A program made the position numbers and the translations under genes. From NCBI RefSeq assembly GCF_009914755.1, contig NC_060948.1: a stretch of DNA of 64,000 nucleotides; one strand, 5' to 3'. Below, one piece after another: positions 42,124-56,358 of this stretch (within the stretch, counting starts at the first letter, position 1; each line of letters starts with the position of its first letter). Origin of the DNA: the human T2T-CHM13v2.0 reference genome, Homo sapiens. The notes under the pieces were generated by a model that saw only the letters and a program-made list of their open reading frames with translations, searched no databases and was not told the DNA's origin.

Positions 42124-45100
42124 GGAGTCAAAAGGAATGGAATCGAATGGCAAGAAATCGAATGTAATGGAATCGCCAGGAATTGATGTGAACGGAACGG
42201 AATGGAATGGAATCCAAAGGAATGGAATAGAATGGAATGGAATCGAATGGAAAGGACTCGAATGGAAATCACTCGAATAGAATGCAATTTAATAAAATAG
42301 GATCAAATGTAATGGAATGGAATGGAAAGGAATCGAAACGAAAGGAATGGAGACAGATGGAATGGAATGGAACAGAGAGCAATGGTATAGAATGGAATGG
42401 AATCATCTGGAATGGAATTGAATGGAATGGAATAATATGAAATGGAATGGAATGGAATGGAATGGAATGCCCTTGAATTAAATGGACTGGACTCGAACAG
42501 AGTGGAATGGAAAGTGTTGAGATAGAATGGAATGGACTCCTTTGGAATGGTCTAGTATGCAATGCAATCGACTGGCAGGGAATCAAAAGGAATGTAATCG
42601 AATGGATTGGACTGGAATGCAATGGACTCGAATAGATTGGAAACGGAATGCAAAGGAATGGAATGGAATAGTATGGAATGCAATGGAAGGGAATGGAGTG
42701 GAATAGACTAGAGTGGAATGGAATGGACTGGAAAGCAATGGACTGGAATGGAACTTTCTTGAATGGACTGGAATCAAACGGAATGGAATGCAATGCAATC
42801 AAATGGCATGGAATAAAATAGAATGAAAGAGAATCAAATGGAATTGAATCGAATGGAATCGAATGGATTGGAAAGGAATAGAATGGAATGGAATGGAATT
42901 GACTCAAATGGAATGGACTAGAATGGAATGGATTCGAATGGAAGGCAAAGGAATGGAATCTATTGGAATGGACTGTAATGGAATGGAATGGAAGGGATTG
43001 GAATGGACTCGAATGGAATGGACTGCAATAGAAAGGATTCGAATGGAATGAAAAAGAATTGAATGGAATAGAACAGAATGGAATCAAATCGAATGAAATG
43101 GAATGGAATAGAAAGGAATGGAATGAAATGGAATGGAAAGGATTCGAATGGAATGCAATCGAATGGAATGGAATCGAACGGAATGGAATAAAATGGAAGA
43201 AAACTGGCAAGAAATGGAATCGAAATGAATGGAGTGTTATGGAACGGACTCAAAAGGAATTGAATGTAATAGAATGGAGTGGAGTGGACTCGAATATAAT
43301 GGACTGGAATGGAATGAAATCACATGGAATGGGAACGAATGGAATGGAATGGAAAGGAATGGAATCGAATGGAAAGGAATCGAATGGAAGGGAATGAAAT
43401 TGAATCAACAGGAATGGGAGGGAATAGAATAGACTGTAATGGAATGGACTCGAATAGAATGTACACGAATCCTCAAATTAAATGGACTCGAATGGAATGG
43501 AAACGAAAGGAATGTCATCGAATGGAATTGAATCGATTGGAATGAAATCGCATAGAATGGAGTGGAATCAAATGGAATTGAATCGAAAGGAAAGGAAGCG
43601 AATGGACTGAAATGAAATGGAATGGAATTGAATGGAAAGTAATGCAATGGAATAGAATGGAACGAAATTTCACGGAACGGAATCAAACTGAATTAAATCA
43701 AATCAATGGAATCAAATCAAATGGAATGGAAAGGAATTGAATGGAGTAGATGGGATTGGATGGGATTGGAATGAAATGTACTGGAAAGGACTCGAATTTC
43801 ATGAAACGGAATGGAATGAATTGGAACGGAATGGACTCGAATGGAATGGAATGTCATGGAATGGCATCAAATGGAATGGCATCAAATGGAATGGAATCGA
43901 ATGCAATGGAATGCTATGGAATGGAATGGAATGCATTGGAATGGAATGTCCTCTAATGGAATGGATTCGAGTGGAATGGAATTGAATATAATGGAGTCGA
44001 AAGAAATGGAATTGAAAGGAATGGGATCGAATACAATGGAATATATTGGAATGTAACGTAATGAACTCGAATGTAATTGACTGGAATGGAATGTACATGA
44101 ATGGAATGTGATCGAATGGAAAGTAGTCCAATGGAATAGAATCTAATGCAATAAAATCGACTCAGATAGAGTAGAATGTAATGGAATGGAGTGCAGTGCA
44201 ATGGAATGGAATGGAATGGAATGCAATGGAATGGAATGGAATGGAATGGAATGGAATGGAATGGAATGGAATGGGATGGAATGGTATGGAATGGATAGTA
44301 ATGGACTGGAGTGAAATGGACTGGAAAGGAATGGACTCAAATTGAAAGGGCTCGAAAGGAATGGAGTCAAATGGAATGGTCTGGAATGGAATGAACACGA
44401 ATGTAATGCAACCCAATAGAATGGAATCGAATGGCATGGAATATAAAGAAATGGAATCGAAGAGAATGGAAACAAATGGAATGGAATTGAATGGAATGGA
44501 ATTGAATGGAATGGGAACGAATGGAGTGAAATTGTATGCAGTAGAAGGGAATAGAATGGAATGCAAGCGAAAGGAAAGGAATGGATTGGAATGGAATGGA
44601 ATTCATTGGAATGGAAGGGAATGTAGTGTAATGGACAGGCCTGGAATAAAGTGGAATGCTACGGTCTCGAATGGAATAAAAATGTATGGAATGGAATGCA
44701 ATGAAACGGAATCGAATGTCATAGAATGTAATGGAATGCAAAAAAATGGAATCCAAAATCATTGACTGGAAAGGCTGGGTGTCGAAAGGAATTGACTCCA
44801 ATGGAATGGAATCGAATGGAATGGAAGTGAATAGAATCGAACTAAATCGAATGGAATGGAATTGATAGGAACGGAATGGAAAGGAATGCAATGATTTGGC
44901 ATGGAATGGAATCGAATGGCATCGAATGGAATGGAATGGAATGCAATGGAATGGAATGTATTAGAATGTAATGAACTTTAATGGAATGTACTCGAATGGA
45001 TTCGACTGGAATGGAATGTTCTGGAAGTGAATGGACTCCAATGGAATGGATTCAAAAGGAATGGAATCGTACGGAATGGAATCTAATGGAATGCAATTAA

Positions 45101-45697
45101 ATGGAAATGAATCAAATTGAATAGCACGGAATTGAATTGAATGGAATGGAATGCAATGGAATCTAATGAAACGGAAAGGAAAGGAATGGAATGGAATGGA
45201 ATGGGCTGGAATGGAAAGGAATCGAAACGAATGGAATGGAATCGAACTGAAGAGACTGGAATGGAATGCACTGGAATGGAAGGGAGTGTAATGGAAGGTT
45301 CTCGAAAAAAAAGGAATCGAATGGAATGGAATTGAATGGAACGGAATAGAGTCGAATGGAATTGAATGGAATGGAATGGACTAGAGTGAAATGGAATCGA
45401 ACCACAAGGAATGGACAGGAATAGAATGGTCTCGAATTGAATGGAATCGTATGGAATGGCATCAAACGGAATGGAATGGACAGCCACGGAATGGAATGCA
45501 CTCGAATGCAATGGAGTGGAAACTAATGGACTGGAATAGAATGGACTCGACTGGTACGGACTCCAATGGAATGGAATCGAATGGAAGGGAATCGAACGGA
45601 AGGGAATCGAACGGAATGGACTCGAAGGGAAAAGACTGCAATGGAAAGGTCTCGAATGGAATGGAAATTAATGGAATGGAATGGAATCGAATGAAAT
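42124..45697 (+). repeat. DYZ1 unit U13 (3574 bp)
   Basis: Landmark spacing. Confidence 0.92.
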
Positions 45698-48600
45698 GGA
45701 GTCAAAAGGAATGGAATCGAATGGCAAGAAATCGAATGTAATGGAATCGCCAGGAATTGATGTGAACGGAACGGAATGGAATGGAATCCAAAGGAATGGA
45801 ATAGAATGGAATGGAATCGAATGGAAAGGACTCGAATGGAAATCACTCGAATAGAATGCAATTTAATAAAATAGGATCAAATGTAATGGAATGGAATGGA
45901 AAGGAATCGAAACGAAAGGAATGGAGACAGATGGAATGGAATGGAACAGAGAGCAATGGTATAGAATGGAATGGAATCATCTGGAATGGAATTGAATGGA
46001 ATGGAATAATATGAAATGGAATGGAATGGAATGGAATGGAATGCCCTTGAATTAAATGGACTGGAATGGAATGGACTCAAACAGAGTGGAATGGAAAGTG
46101 TGGAGATAGAATGGAATGAACTCCTTTGGAATGGTCTAGTAGGCAATGCAATCGACTGGCAGGGAATCAAAAGGAATGTAATCGAATGGATTGGACTGGA
46201 ATGCAATGGACTCGAATAGATTGGAAACGGAATGCAAAGAATGGAATGGAATAGTATGGAATGGAATGGAAAGGAATGGAGTGGAACAGACTAGAGTGGA
46301 ATGGAATGGACTGGAAAGCAATGGACTGGAATGGAACTTTCTTGAATGGACTGGAATCAAACGGAATGGAATGCAATGCAATCAAATGGCATGGAATAAA
46401 ATAGAATGAAAGAGAATCAAATGGAATTGAATCGAATGGAATCGAATGGATTGGAAAGGAATAGAATGGAATGGAATGGAATTGACTCAAATGTAATGGA
46501 CTAGAATGGAATGGATTCGAATGGAAGGCAAAGAAATGGAATCTATTGGAATGGACTGTAATGGAATGGAATGGAAGGGATTGGAATGGACTCGAATGGA
46601 ATGGACTGCAATAGAAAGGATTCGAATGGAATGAAAAAGAATTGAATGGAATAGAACAGAATGGAATCAAATCGAATGAAATGGAATGGAATAGAAAGGA
46701 ATGGAATGAAATGGAATGGAAAGGATTCGAATGGAATGCAATCGAATGGAATGGAATCGAACGGAATGGAATAAAATGGAAGAAAACTGGCAAGAAATGG
46801 AATCGAAATGAATGGAGTGTTATGGAACGGACTCAAAAGGAATTGAATGTAATAGAATGGAGTGGAGTGGACTCGAATATAATGGACTGGAATGGAATGA
46901 AATCACATGGAATGGGAACGAATGGAATGGAATGGAAAGGAATGGAATCGAATGGAAAGGAATCGAATGGAAGGGAATGAAATTGAATCAACAGGAATGG
47001 AAGGGAATAGAATAGACGGTAATGGAATGGACTCGAATAGAATGGACACGAATGCTCAAATTAAATGGACTCGAATGGAATGGAAACGAAAGGAATGTCA
47101 TCGAATGGAATTGAATCGATTGGAATGAAATCGCATAGAATGGAGTGGAATCAAATGGAATTGAATCGAAAGGAAAGGAAGCGAATGGACTGAAATGAAA
47201 TGGAATGGAATTGAATGGAAAGTAATGCAATGGAATAGAATGGAACGAAATTTCACGGAATGGAATCAAACTGAATGGAATCAAATCAATGGAATCAAAT
47301 CAAATGGAATGGAAAGGAATTGAATGGAGTAGATGGGATTGGATGGGATTGGAATGAAATGTACTGGAAAGGACTCGAATTTCATGAAACGGAATGGAAT
47401 GAATTGGAACGGAATGGACTCGAATGGAATGGAATGTCATGGGATGGCATCAAATGGAATGGCATCAAATGGAATGGAATCGAATGCAATGGAATGCTAT
47501 GGAATGGAATGGAATGCATTGGAATGGAATGTCCTCTAATGGAATGGATTCGAGTGGAATGGAATTGAATATAATGGAGTCGAATGAAATGGAATTGAAA
47601 GGAATGGGATCGAATACAATGGAATATACTGGAATGTAACGTAATGAACTCGAATGTAATTGACTGGAATGGAATGTACATGAATGGAATGTAATCGAAT
47701 GGAAAGTAATCCAATGGAATAGAATCTAATGCAATAAAATCGACTCAGATAGAGTAGAATGTAATGGAATGGAGTGCAGTGCAATGGAATGGAATGGAAT
47801 GGAATGCAATGGAATGGAATGGAATGGAATGGAATGGAATGGAATGGAATGGAATGGGATGGAATGGTATGGAATGGATAGTAATGGACTGGAGTGAAAT
47901 GGACTGGAAAGGAATGGACTCAAATTGAAAGGGCTCGAAAGGAATGGAGTCAAATGGAATGGTCTGGAATGGAATGAACACGAATGTAATGCAACCCAAT
48001 AGAATGGAATCGAATGGCATGGAATATAAAGAAATGGAATCGAAGAGAATGGAAACAAATGGAATGGAATTGAATGGAATGGAATTGAATGGAATGGGAA
48101 CGAATGGAGTGAAATTGTATGCAGTAGAAGGGAATAGAATGGAATGCAAGCGAAAGGAAAGGAATGGATTGGAATGGAATGGAATTCATTGGAATGGAAG
48201 GGAATGTAGTGTAATGGACAGGCCTGGAATAAAGTGGAATGCTACGGTCTCGAATGGAATAAAAATGTATGGAATGGAATGCAATGAAACGGAATCGAAT
48301 GTCATAGAATGTAATGGAATGCAAAAAAATGGAATCCAAAATCATTGACTGGAAAGGCTGGGTGTCGAAAGGAATTGACTCCAATGGAATGGAATCGAAT
48401 GGAATGGAAGTGAATAGAATCGAACTAAATCGAATGGAATGGAATTGATAGGAACGGAATGGAAAGGAATGCAATGATTTGGCATGGAATGGAATCGAAT
48501 GGCATCGAATGGAATGGAATGGAATGCAATGGAATGGAATGTATTAGAATGTAATGAACTTTAATGGAATGTACTCGAATGGATTCGACTGGAATGGAAT

Positions 48601-49280
48601 GTTCTGGAAGTGAATGGACTCCAATGGAATGGATTCAAAAGGAATGGAATCGTACGGAATGGAATCTAATGGAATGGAATTAAATGGAAATGAATCAAAT
48701 TGAATAGCACGGAATTGAATTGAATGGAATGGAATGCAATGGAATCTAATGAAACGGAAAGGAAAGGAATGGAATGGAATGGAATGGGCTGGAATGGAAA
48801 GGAATCGAAACGAATGGAATGGAATCGAACTGAAGAGACTGGAATGGAATGCACTGGAATGGAAGGGAGTGTAATGGAAGGTTCTCGAAAAAAATGGAAT
48901 CGAATGGAATGGAATTGAATGGAACGGAATAGAGTCGAATGGAATTGAATGGAATGGAATGGACTAGAGTGAAATGGAATCGAACCACAAGGAATGGACA
49001 GGAATAGAATGGTCTCGAATTGAATGGAATCGTATGGAATGGCATCAAACGGAATGGAATGGACAGCCACGGAATGGAATGCACTCGAATGCAATGGAGT
49101 GGAAACTAATGGACTGGAATAGAATGGACTCGACTGGTACGGACTCCAATGGAATGGAATCGAATGGAAGGGAATCGAACGGAAGGGAATCGAACGGAAT
49201 GGACTCGAAGGGAAAAGACTGCAATGGAAAGGTCTCGAATGGAATGGAAATTAATGGAATGGAATGGAATCGAATGAAAT
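45698..49280 (+). repeat. DYZ1 unit U14 (3583 bp; type-B 5' segment)
   Basis: Landmark spacing. Confidence 0.92.
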
Positions 49281-52200
49281 GGAGTCAAAAGGAATGGAAT
49301 CGAATGGCAAGAAATCGAATGTAATGGAATCGCCAGGAATTGATGTGAACGGAACGGAATGGAATGGAATCCAAAGGAATGGAATAGAATGGAATGGAAT
49401 CGAATGGAAAGGACTCGAATGGAAATCACTCGAATAGAATGCAATTTAATAAAATAGGATCAAATGTAATGGAATGGAATGGAAAGGAATCGAAACGAAA
49501 GGAATGGAGACAGATGGAATGGAATGGAACAGAGAGCAATGGTATAGAATGGAATGGAATCATCTGGAATGGAATTGAATGGAATGGAATAATATGAAAT
49601 GGAATGGAATGGAATGGAATGGAATGCCCTTGAATTAAATGGACTGGACTCGAACAGAGTGGAATGGAAAGTGTTGAGATAGAATGGAATGGACTCCTTT
49701 GGAATGGTCTAGTATGCAATGCAATCGACTGGCAGGGAATCAAAAGGAATGTAATCGAATGGATTGGACTGGAATGCAATGGACTCGAATAGATTGGAAA
49801 CGGAATGCAAAGGAATGGAATGGAATAGTATGGAATGCAATGGAAGGGAATGGAGTGGAATAGACTAGAGTGGAATGGAATGGACTGGAAAGCAATGGAC
49901 TGGAATGGAACTTTCTTGGATGGACTGGAATCAAACGGAATGGAATGCAATGCAATCAAATGGCATGGAATAAAATAGAATGAAAGAGAATCAAATGGAA
50001 TTGAATCGAATGGAATCGAATGGATTGGAAAGGAATAGAATGGAATGGAATGGAATTGACTCAAATGGAATGGACTAGAATGGAATGGATTCGAATGGAA
50101 GGCAAAGGAATGGAATCTATTGGAATGGACTGTAATGGAATGGAATGGAAGGGATTGGAATGGACTCGAATGGAATGGACTGCAATAGAAAGGATTCGAA
50201 TGGAATGAAAAAGAATTGAATGGAATAGAACAGAATGGAATCAAATCGAATGAAATGGAATGGAATAGAAAGGAATGGAATGAAATGGAATGGAAAGGAT
50301 TCGAATGGAATGCAATCGAATGGAATGGAATCGAACGGAATGGAATAAAATGGAAGAAAACTGGCAAGAAATGGAATCGAAATGAATGGAGTGTTATGGA
50401 ACGGACTCAAAAGGAATTGAATGTAATAGAATGGAGTGGAGTGGACTCGAATATAATGGACTGGAATGGAATGAAATCACATGGAATGGGAACGAATGGA
50501 ATGGAATGGAAAGGAATGGAATCGAATGGAAAGGAATCGAATGGAAGGGAATGAAATTGAATCAACAGGAATGGGAGGGAATAGAATAGACTGTAATGGA
50601 ATGGACTCGAATAGAATGTACACGAATCCTCAAATTAAATGGACTCGAATGGAATGGAAACGAAAGGAATGTCATCGAATGGAATTGAATCGATTGGAAT
50701 GAAATCGCATAGAATGGAGTGGAATCAAATGGAATTGAATCGAAAGGAAAGGAAGCGAATGGACTGAAATGAAATGGAATGGAATTGAATGGAAAGTAAT
50801 GCAATGGAATAGAATGGAACGAAATTTCACGGAACGGAATCAAACTGAATTAAATCAAATCAATGGAATCAAATCAAATGGAATGGAAAGGAATTGAATG
50901 GAGTAGATGGGATTGGATGGGATTGGAATGAAATGTACTGGAAAGGACTCGAATTTCATGAAACGGAATGGAATGAATTGGAACGGAATGGACTCGAATG
51001 GAATGGAATGTCATGGAATGGCATCAAATGGAATGGCATCAAATGGAATGGAATCGAATGCAATGGAATGCTATGGAATGGAATGGAATGCATTGGAATG
51101 GAATGTCCTCTAATGGAATGGATTCGAGTGGAATGGAATTGAATATAATGGAGTCGAATGAAATGGAATTGAAAGGAATGGGATCGAATACAATGGAATA
51201 TATTGGAATGTAACGTAATGAACTCGAATGTAATTGACTGGAATGGAATGTACATGAATGGAATGTGATCGAATGGAAAGTAGTCCAATGGAATAGAATC
51301 TAATGCAATAAAATCGACTCAGATAGAGTAGAATGTAATGGAATGGAGTGCAGTGCAATGGAATGGAATGGAATGGAATGCAATGGAATGGAATGGAATG
51401 GAATGGAATGGGATGGAATGGTATGGAATGGATAGTAATGGACTGGAGTGAAATGGACTGGAAAGGAATGGACTCAAATTGAAAGGGCTCGAAAGGAATG
51501 GAGACAAATGGAATGGTCTGGAATGGAATGAACACGAATGTAATGCAATCCAATAGAATGGAGTCGAATGGCATGGAATATAAAGAAATGGAATCGAAGA
51601 GAATGGAAACAAATGGAATGGAATTGAATGGAATGGAATTGAATGGAATGGGAACGAATGGAGTGAAATTGTATGCAGTAGAAGAGAATAGAATGGAATG
51701 CAAGCGAAAGGAAAGGAATGGATTGGAATGGAATGGAATTCATTGGAATGGAAGGGAATGTAGTGTAATGGACAGGCCTGGAATAAAGTGGAATGCTACG
51801 GTCTCGAATGGAATAAAAATGTATGGAATGGAATGCAATGAAACGGAATCGAATGTCATAGAATGTAATGGAATGCAAAAAAATGGAATCCAAAATCATT
51901 GACTGGAAAGGCTGGGTGTCGAAAGGAATTGACTCCAATGGAATGGAATCGAATGGAATGGAAGTGAATAGAATCGAACTAAATCGAATGGAATGGAATT
52001 GATAGGAACGGAATGGAAAGGAATGCAATGATTTGTCATGGAATGGAATCGAATGGCATCGAATGGAATGGAATGGAATGCAATGGAATGGAATGTATTA
52101 GAATGTAATGAACTTTAATGGAATGTACTCGAATGGATTCGACTGGAATGGAATGTTCTGGAAGTGAATGGACTCCAATGGAATGGATTCAAAAGGAATG

Positions 52201-52819
52201 GAATCGTACGGAATGGAATCTAATGGAATGGAATTAAATGGAAATGAATCAAATTGAATAGCACGGAATTGAATTGAATGGAATGGAATGCAATGGAATC
52301 TAATGAAACGGAAAGGAAAGGAATGGAATGGAATGGAATGGGCTGGAATGGAAAGGAATCGAAACGAATGGAATGGAATCGAACTGAAGAGACTGGAATG
52401 GAATGCACTGGAATGGAAGGGAGTGTAATGGAAGGTTCTCGAAAAAAATGGAATCGAATGGAATGGAATTGAATGGAACGGAATAGAGTCGAATGGAATT
52501 GAATGGAATGGAATGGACTAGAGTGAAATGGAATCGAACCACAAGGAATGGACAGGAATAGAATGGTCTCGAATTGAATGGAATCGTATGGAATGGCATC
52601 AAACGGAATGGAATGGACAGCCACGGAATGGAATGCACTCGAATGCAATGGAGTCGAAACTAATGGACTGGAATAGAATGGACTCGACTGGTACGGACTC
52701 CAATGGAATGGAATCGAATGGAAGGGAATCGAACGGAATGGACTCGAAGGGAAAAGACTGCAATGGAAAGGTCTCGAATGGAATGGAAATTAATGGAATG
52801 GAATGGAATCGAATGAAAT
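49281..52819 (+). repeat. DYZ1 unit U15 (3539 bp)
   Basis: Landmark spacing. Confidence 0.92.
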
Positions 52820-55800
52820 GGAGTCAAAAGGAATGGAATCGATTGGCAAGAAATCGAATGTAATGGAATCGCAAGGAATTGATGTGAACGGAACGGAATG
52901 GAATGGAATCCAAAGGAATGGAATAGAATGGAATGGAATCGAATGGAAAGGACTCGAATGGAAATCACTCGAATAGAATGCAATTTAATAAAATAGGATC
53001 AAATGTAATGGAATGGAATGGAAAGGAATCGAAACGAAAGGAATGGAGACAGATGGAATGGAATGGAACAGAGAGCAATGGTATAGAATGGAATGGAATC
53101 ATCTGGAATGGAATTGAATGGAATGGAATAATATGAAATGGAATGGAATGGAATGGAATGGAATGCCCTTGAATTAAATGGACTGGACTCGAACAGAGTG
53201 GAATGGAAAGTGTTGAGATAGAATGGAATGGACTCCTTTGGAATGGTCTAGTATGCAATGCAATCGACTGGCAGGGAATCAAAAGGAATGTAATGGAATG
53301 GATTGGACTGGAATGCAATGGACTCGAATAGATTGGAAACGGAATGCAAAGGAATGGAATGGAATAGTATGGAATGGAATGGAAAGGAATGGAGTGGAAT
53401 AGACTAGAGTGGAATGGAATGGACTGGAAAGCAATGGACTGGAATGGAACATTCTTGAATGGACTGGAATCAAACGGAATGGAATGCAATGCAATCAAAT
53501 GTCATGGAATAAAATAGAATGAAAGAGAATCAAATGGAATTGAATCGAATGGAATCGAATGGATTGGAAAGGAATAGAATGGAATGGAATGGAATTGACT
53601 CAAATGGAATGGACTAGAATGGAATGGATTCGAATGGAAGGCAAAGGAATGGAATCTATTGGAATGGACTGTAATGGAATGGAATGGAAAGGATTGGAAT
53701 GGACTCGAATGGAATGGACTGCAATAGAAAGGATTCGAATGGAATGAAAAAGAATTGAATGGAATAGAACAGAATGGAATCAAATCGAATGAAATGGAAT
53801 GGAATAGAAAGGAATGGAATGAAATGGAATGGAAAGGATTCGAATGGAATGTAATCGAATGGAATGGAATCGAACGGAATGGAATAAAATGGAAGAAAAC
53901 TGGCAAGAAATGGAATCGAAATGAATGGAGTGTTATGGAACGGACTCAAAAGGAATTGAATGTAATAGAATGGAGTGGAGTGGACTCGAATATAATGGAC
54001 TGGAATGGAATGAAATCACATGGAATGGGAACGAATGGAATGGAATGGAAAGGAATGGAATCGAATGGAAAGGAATCGAATGGAAGGGAATGAAATTGAA
54101 TCAACAGGAATGGGAGGGAATAGAATAGACTGTAATGGAATGGACTCGAATAGAATGTACACGAATGCTCAAATTAAATGGACTCGAATGGAATGGAAAC
54201 GAAAGGAATGTCATCGAATGGAATTGAATCGATTGGAATGAAATCGCATAGAATGGAGTGGAATCAAATGGAATTGAATCGAAAGGAAAGGAAGCGAATG
54301 GACTGAAATGAAATGGAATGGAATTGAATGGAAAGTAATGCAATGGAATAGAATGGAACGAAATTTCACGGAATGGAATCAAACTGAATGGAATCAAATC
54401 AATGGAATCAAATCAAATGGAATGGAAAGGAATTGAATGGAGTAGATGGGATTGGATGGGATTGGAATGAAATGTACTGGAAAGGACTCGAATTTCATGA
54501 AACGGAATGGAATGAATTGGAACGGAATGGACTCGAATGGAATGGAATGTCATGGAATGGCATCAAATGGAATGGCATCAAATGGAATGGAATCGAATGC
54601 AATGGAATGCTATGGAATGGAATGGAATGCATTGGAATGGAATGTCCTCTAATGGAATGGATTCGAGTGGAATGGAATTGAATATAATGGAGTCGAATGA
54701 AATGGAATTGAAAGGAATGGGATCGAATACAATGGAATATATTGGAATGTAACGTAATGAACTCGAATGTAATTGACTGGAATGGAATGTACATGAATGG
54801 AATGTGATCAAATGGAAAGTAGTCCAATGGAATAGAATCTAATGCAATAAAATCGACTCAGATAGAGTAGAATGTAATGGAATGGAGTGCAGTGCAATGG
54901 AATGGAATGGAATGGAATGCAATGGAATGGAATGGAATGGAATGGAATGGGATAGAATGGTATGGAATGGATAGTAATGGACTGGAGTGAAATGGACTGG
55001 AAAGGAATGGACTCAAATTGAAAGGGCTCGAAAGGAATGGAGACAAATGGAATGGTCTGGAATGGAATGAACACGAATGTAATGCAATCCAATAGAATGG
55101 AGTCGAATGGCATGGAATATAAAGAAATGGAATCGAAGAGAATGGAAACAAATGGAATGGAATTGAATGGAATGGAATTGAATGGAATGGGAACGAATGG
55201 AGTGAAATTGTATGCAGTAGAAGAGAATAGAATGGAATGCAAGCGAAAGGAAAGGAATGGATTGGAATGGAATGGAATTCATTGGAATGGAAGGGAATGT
55301 AGTGTAATGGACAGGCCTGGAATAAAGTGGAATGCTACGGTCTCGAATGGAATAAAAATGTATGGAATGGAATGCAATGAAACGGAATCGAATGTCATAG
55401 AATGTAATGGAATGCAAAAAAATGGAATCCAAAATCATTGACTGGAAAGGCTGGGTGTCGAAAGGAATTGACTCCAATGGAATGGAATCGAATGGAATGG
55501 AAGTGAATAGAATCGAACTAAATCGAATGGAATGGAATTGATAGGAACGGAATGGAAAGGAATGCAATGATTTGTCATGGAATGGAATCGAATGGCATCG
55601 AATGGAATGGAATGGAATGCAATGGAATGGAATGTATTAGAATGTAATGAACTTTAATGGAATGTACTCGAATGGATTCGACTGGAATGGAATGTTCTGG
55701 AAGTGAATGGACTCCAATGGAATGGATTCAAAAGGAATGGAATCGTACGGAATGGAATCTAATGGAATGGAATTAAATGGAAATGAATCAAATTGAATAG

Positions 55801-56358
55801 CACGGAATTGAATTGAATGGAATGGAATGCAATGGAATCTAATGAAACGGAAAGGAAAGGAATGGAATGGAATGGAATGGGCTGGAATGGAAAGGAATCG
55901 AAACGAATGGAATGGAATCGAACTGAAGAGACTGGAATGGAATGCACTGGAATGGAAGGGAGTGTAATGGAAGGTTCTCGAAAAAAATGGAATCGAATGG
56001 AATGGAATTGAATGGAACGGAATAGAGTCGAATGGAATTGAATGGAATGGAATGGACTAGAGTGAAATGGAATCGAACCACAAGGAATGGACAGGAATAG
56101 AATGGTCTCGAATTGAATGGAATCGTATGGAATGGCATCAAACGGAATGGAATGGACAGCCACGGAATGGAATGCACTCGAATGCAATGGAGTCGAAACT
56201 AATGGACTGGAATAGAATGGACTCGACTGGTACGGACTCCAATGGAATGGAATCGAATGGAAGGGAATCGAACGGAATGGACTCGAAGGGAAAAGACTGC
56301 AATGGAAAGGTCTCGAATGGAATGGAAATTAATGGAATGGAATGGAATCGAATGAAAT
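52820..56358 (+). repeat. DYZ1 unit U16 (3539 bp)
   Basis: Landmark spacing. Confidence 0.92.
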
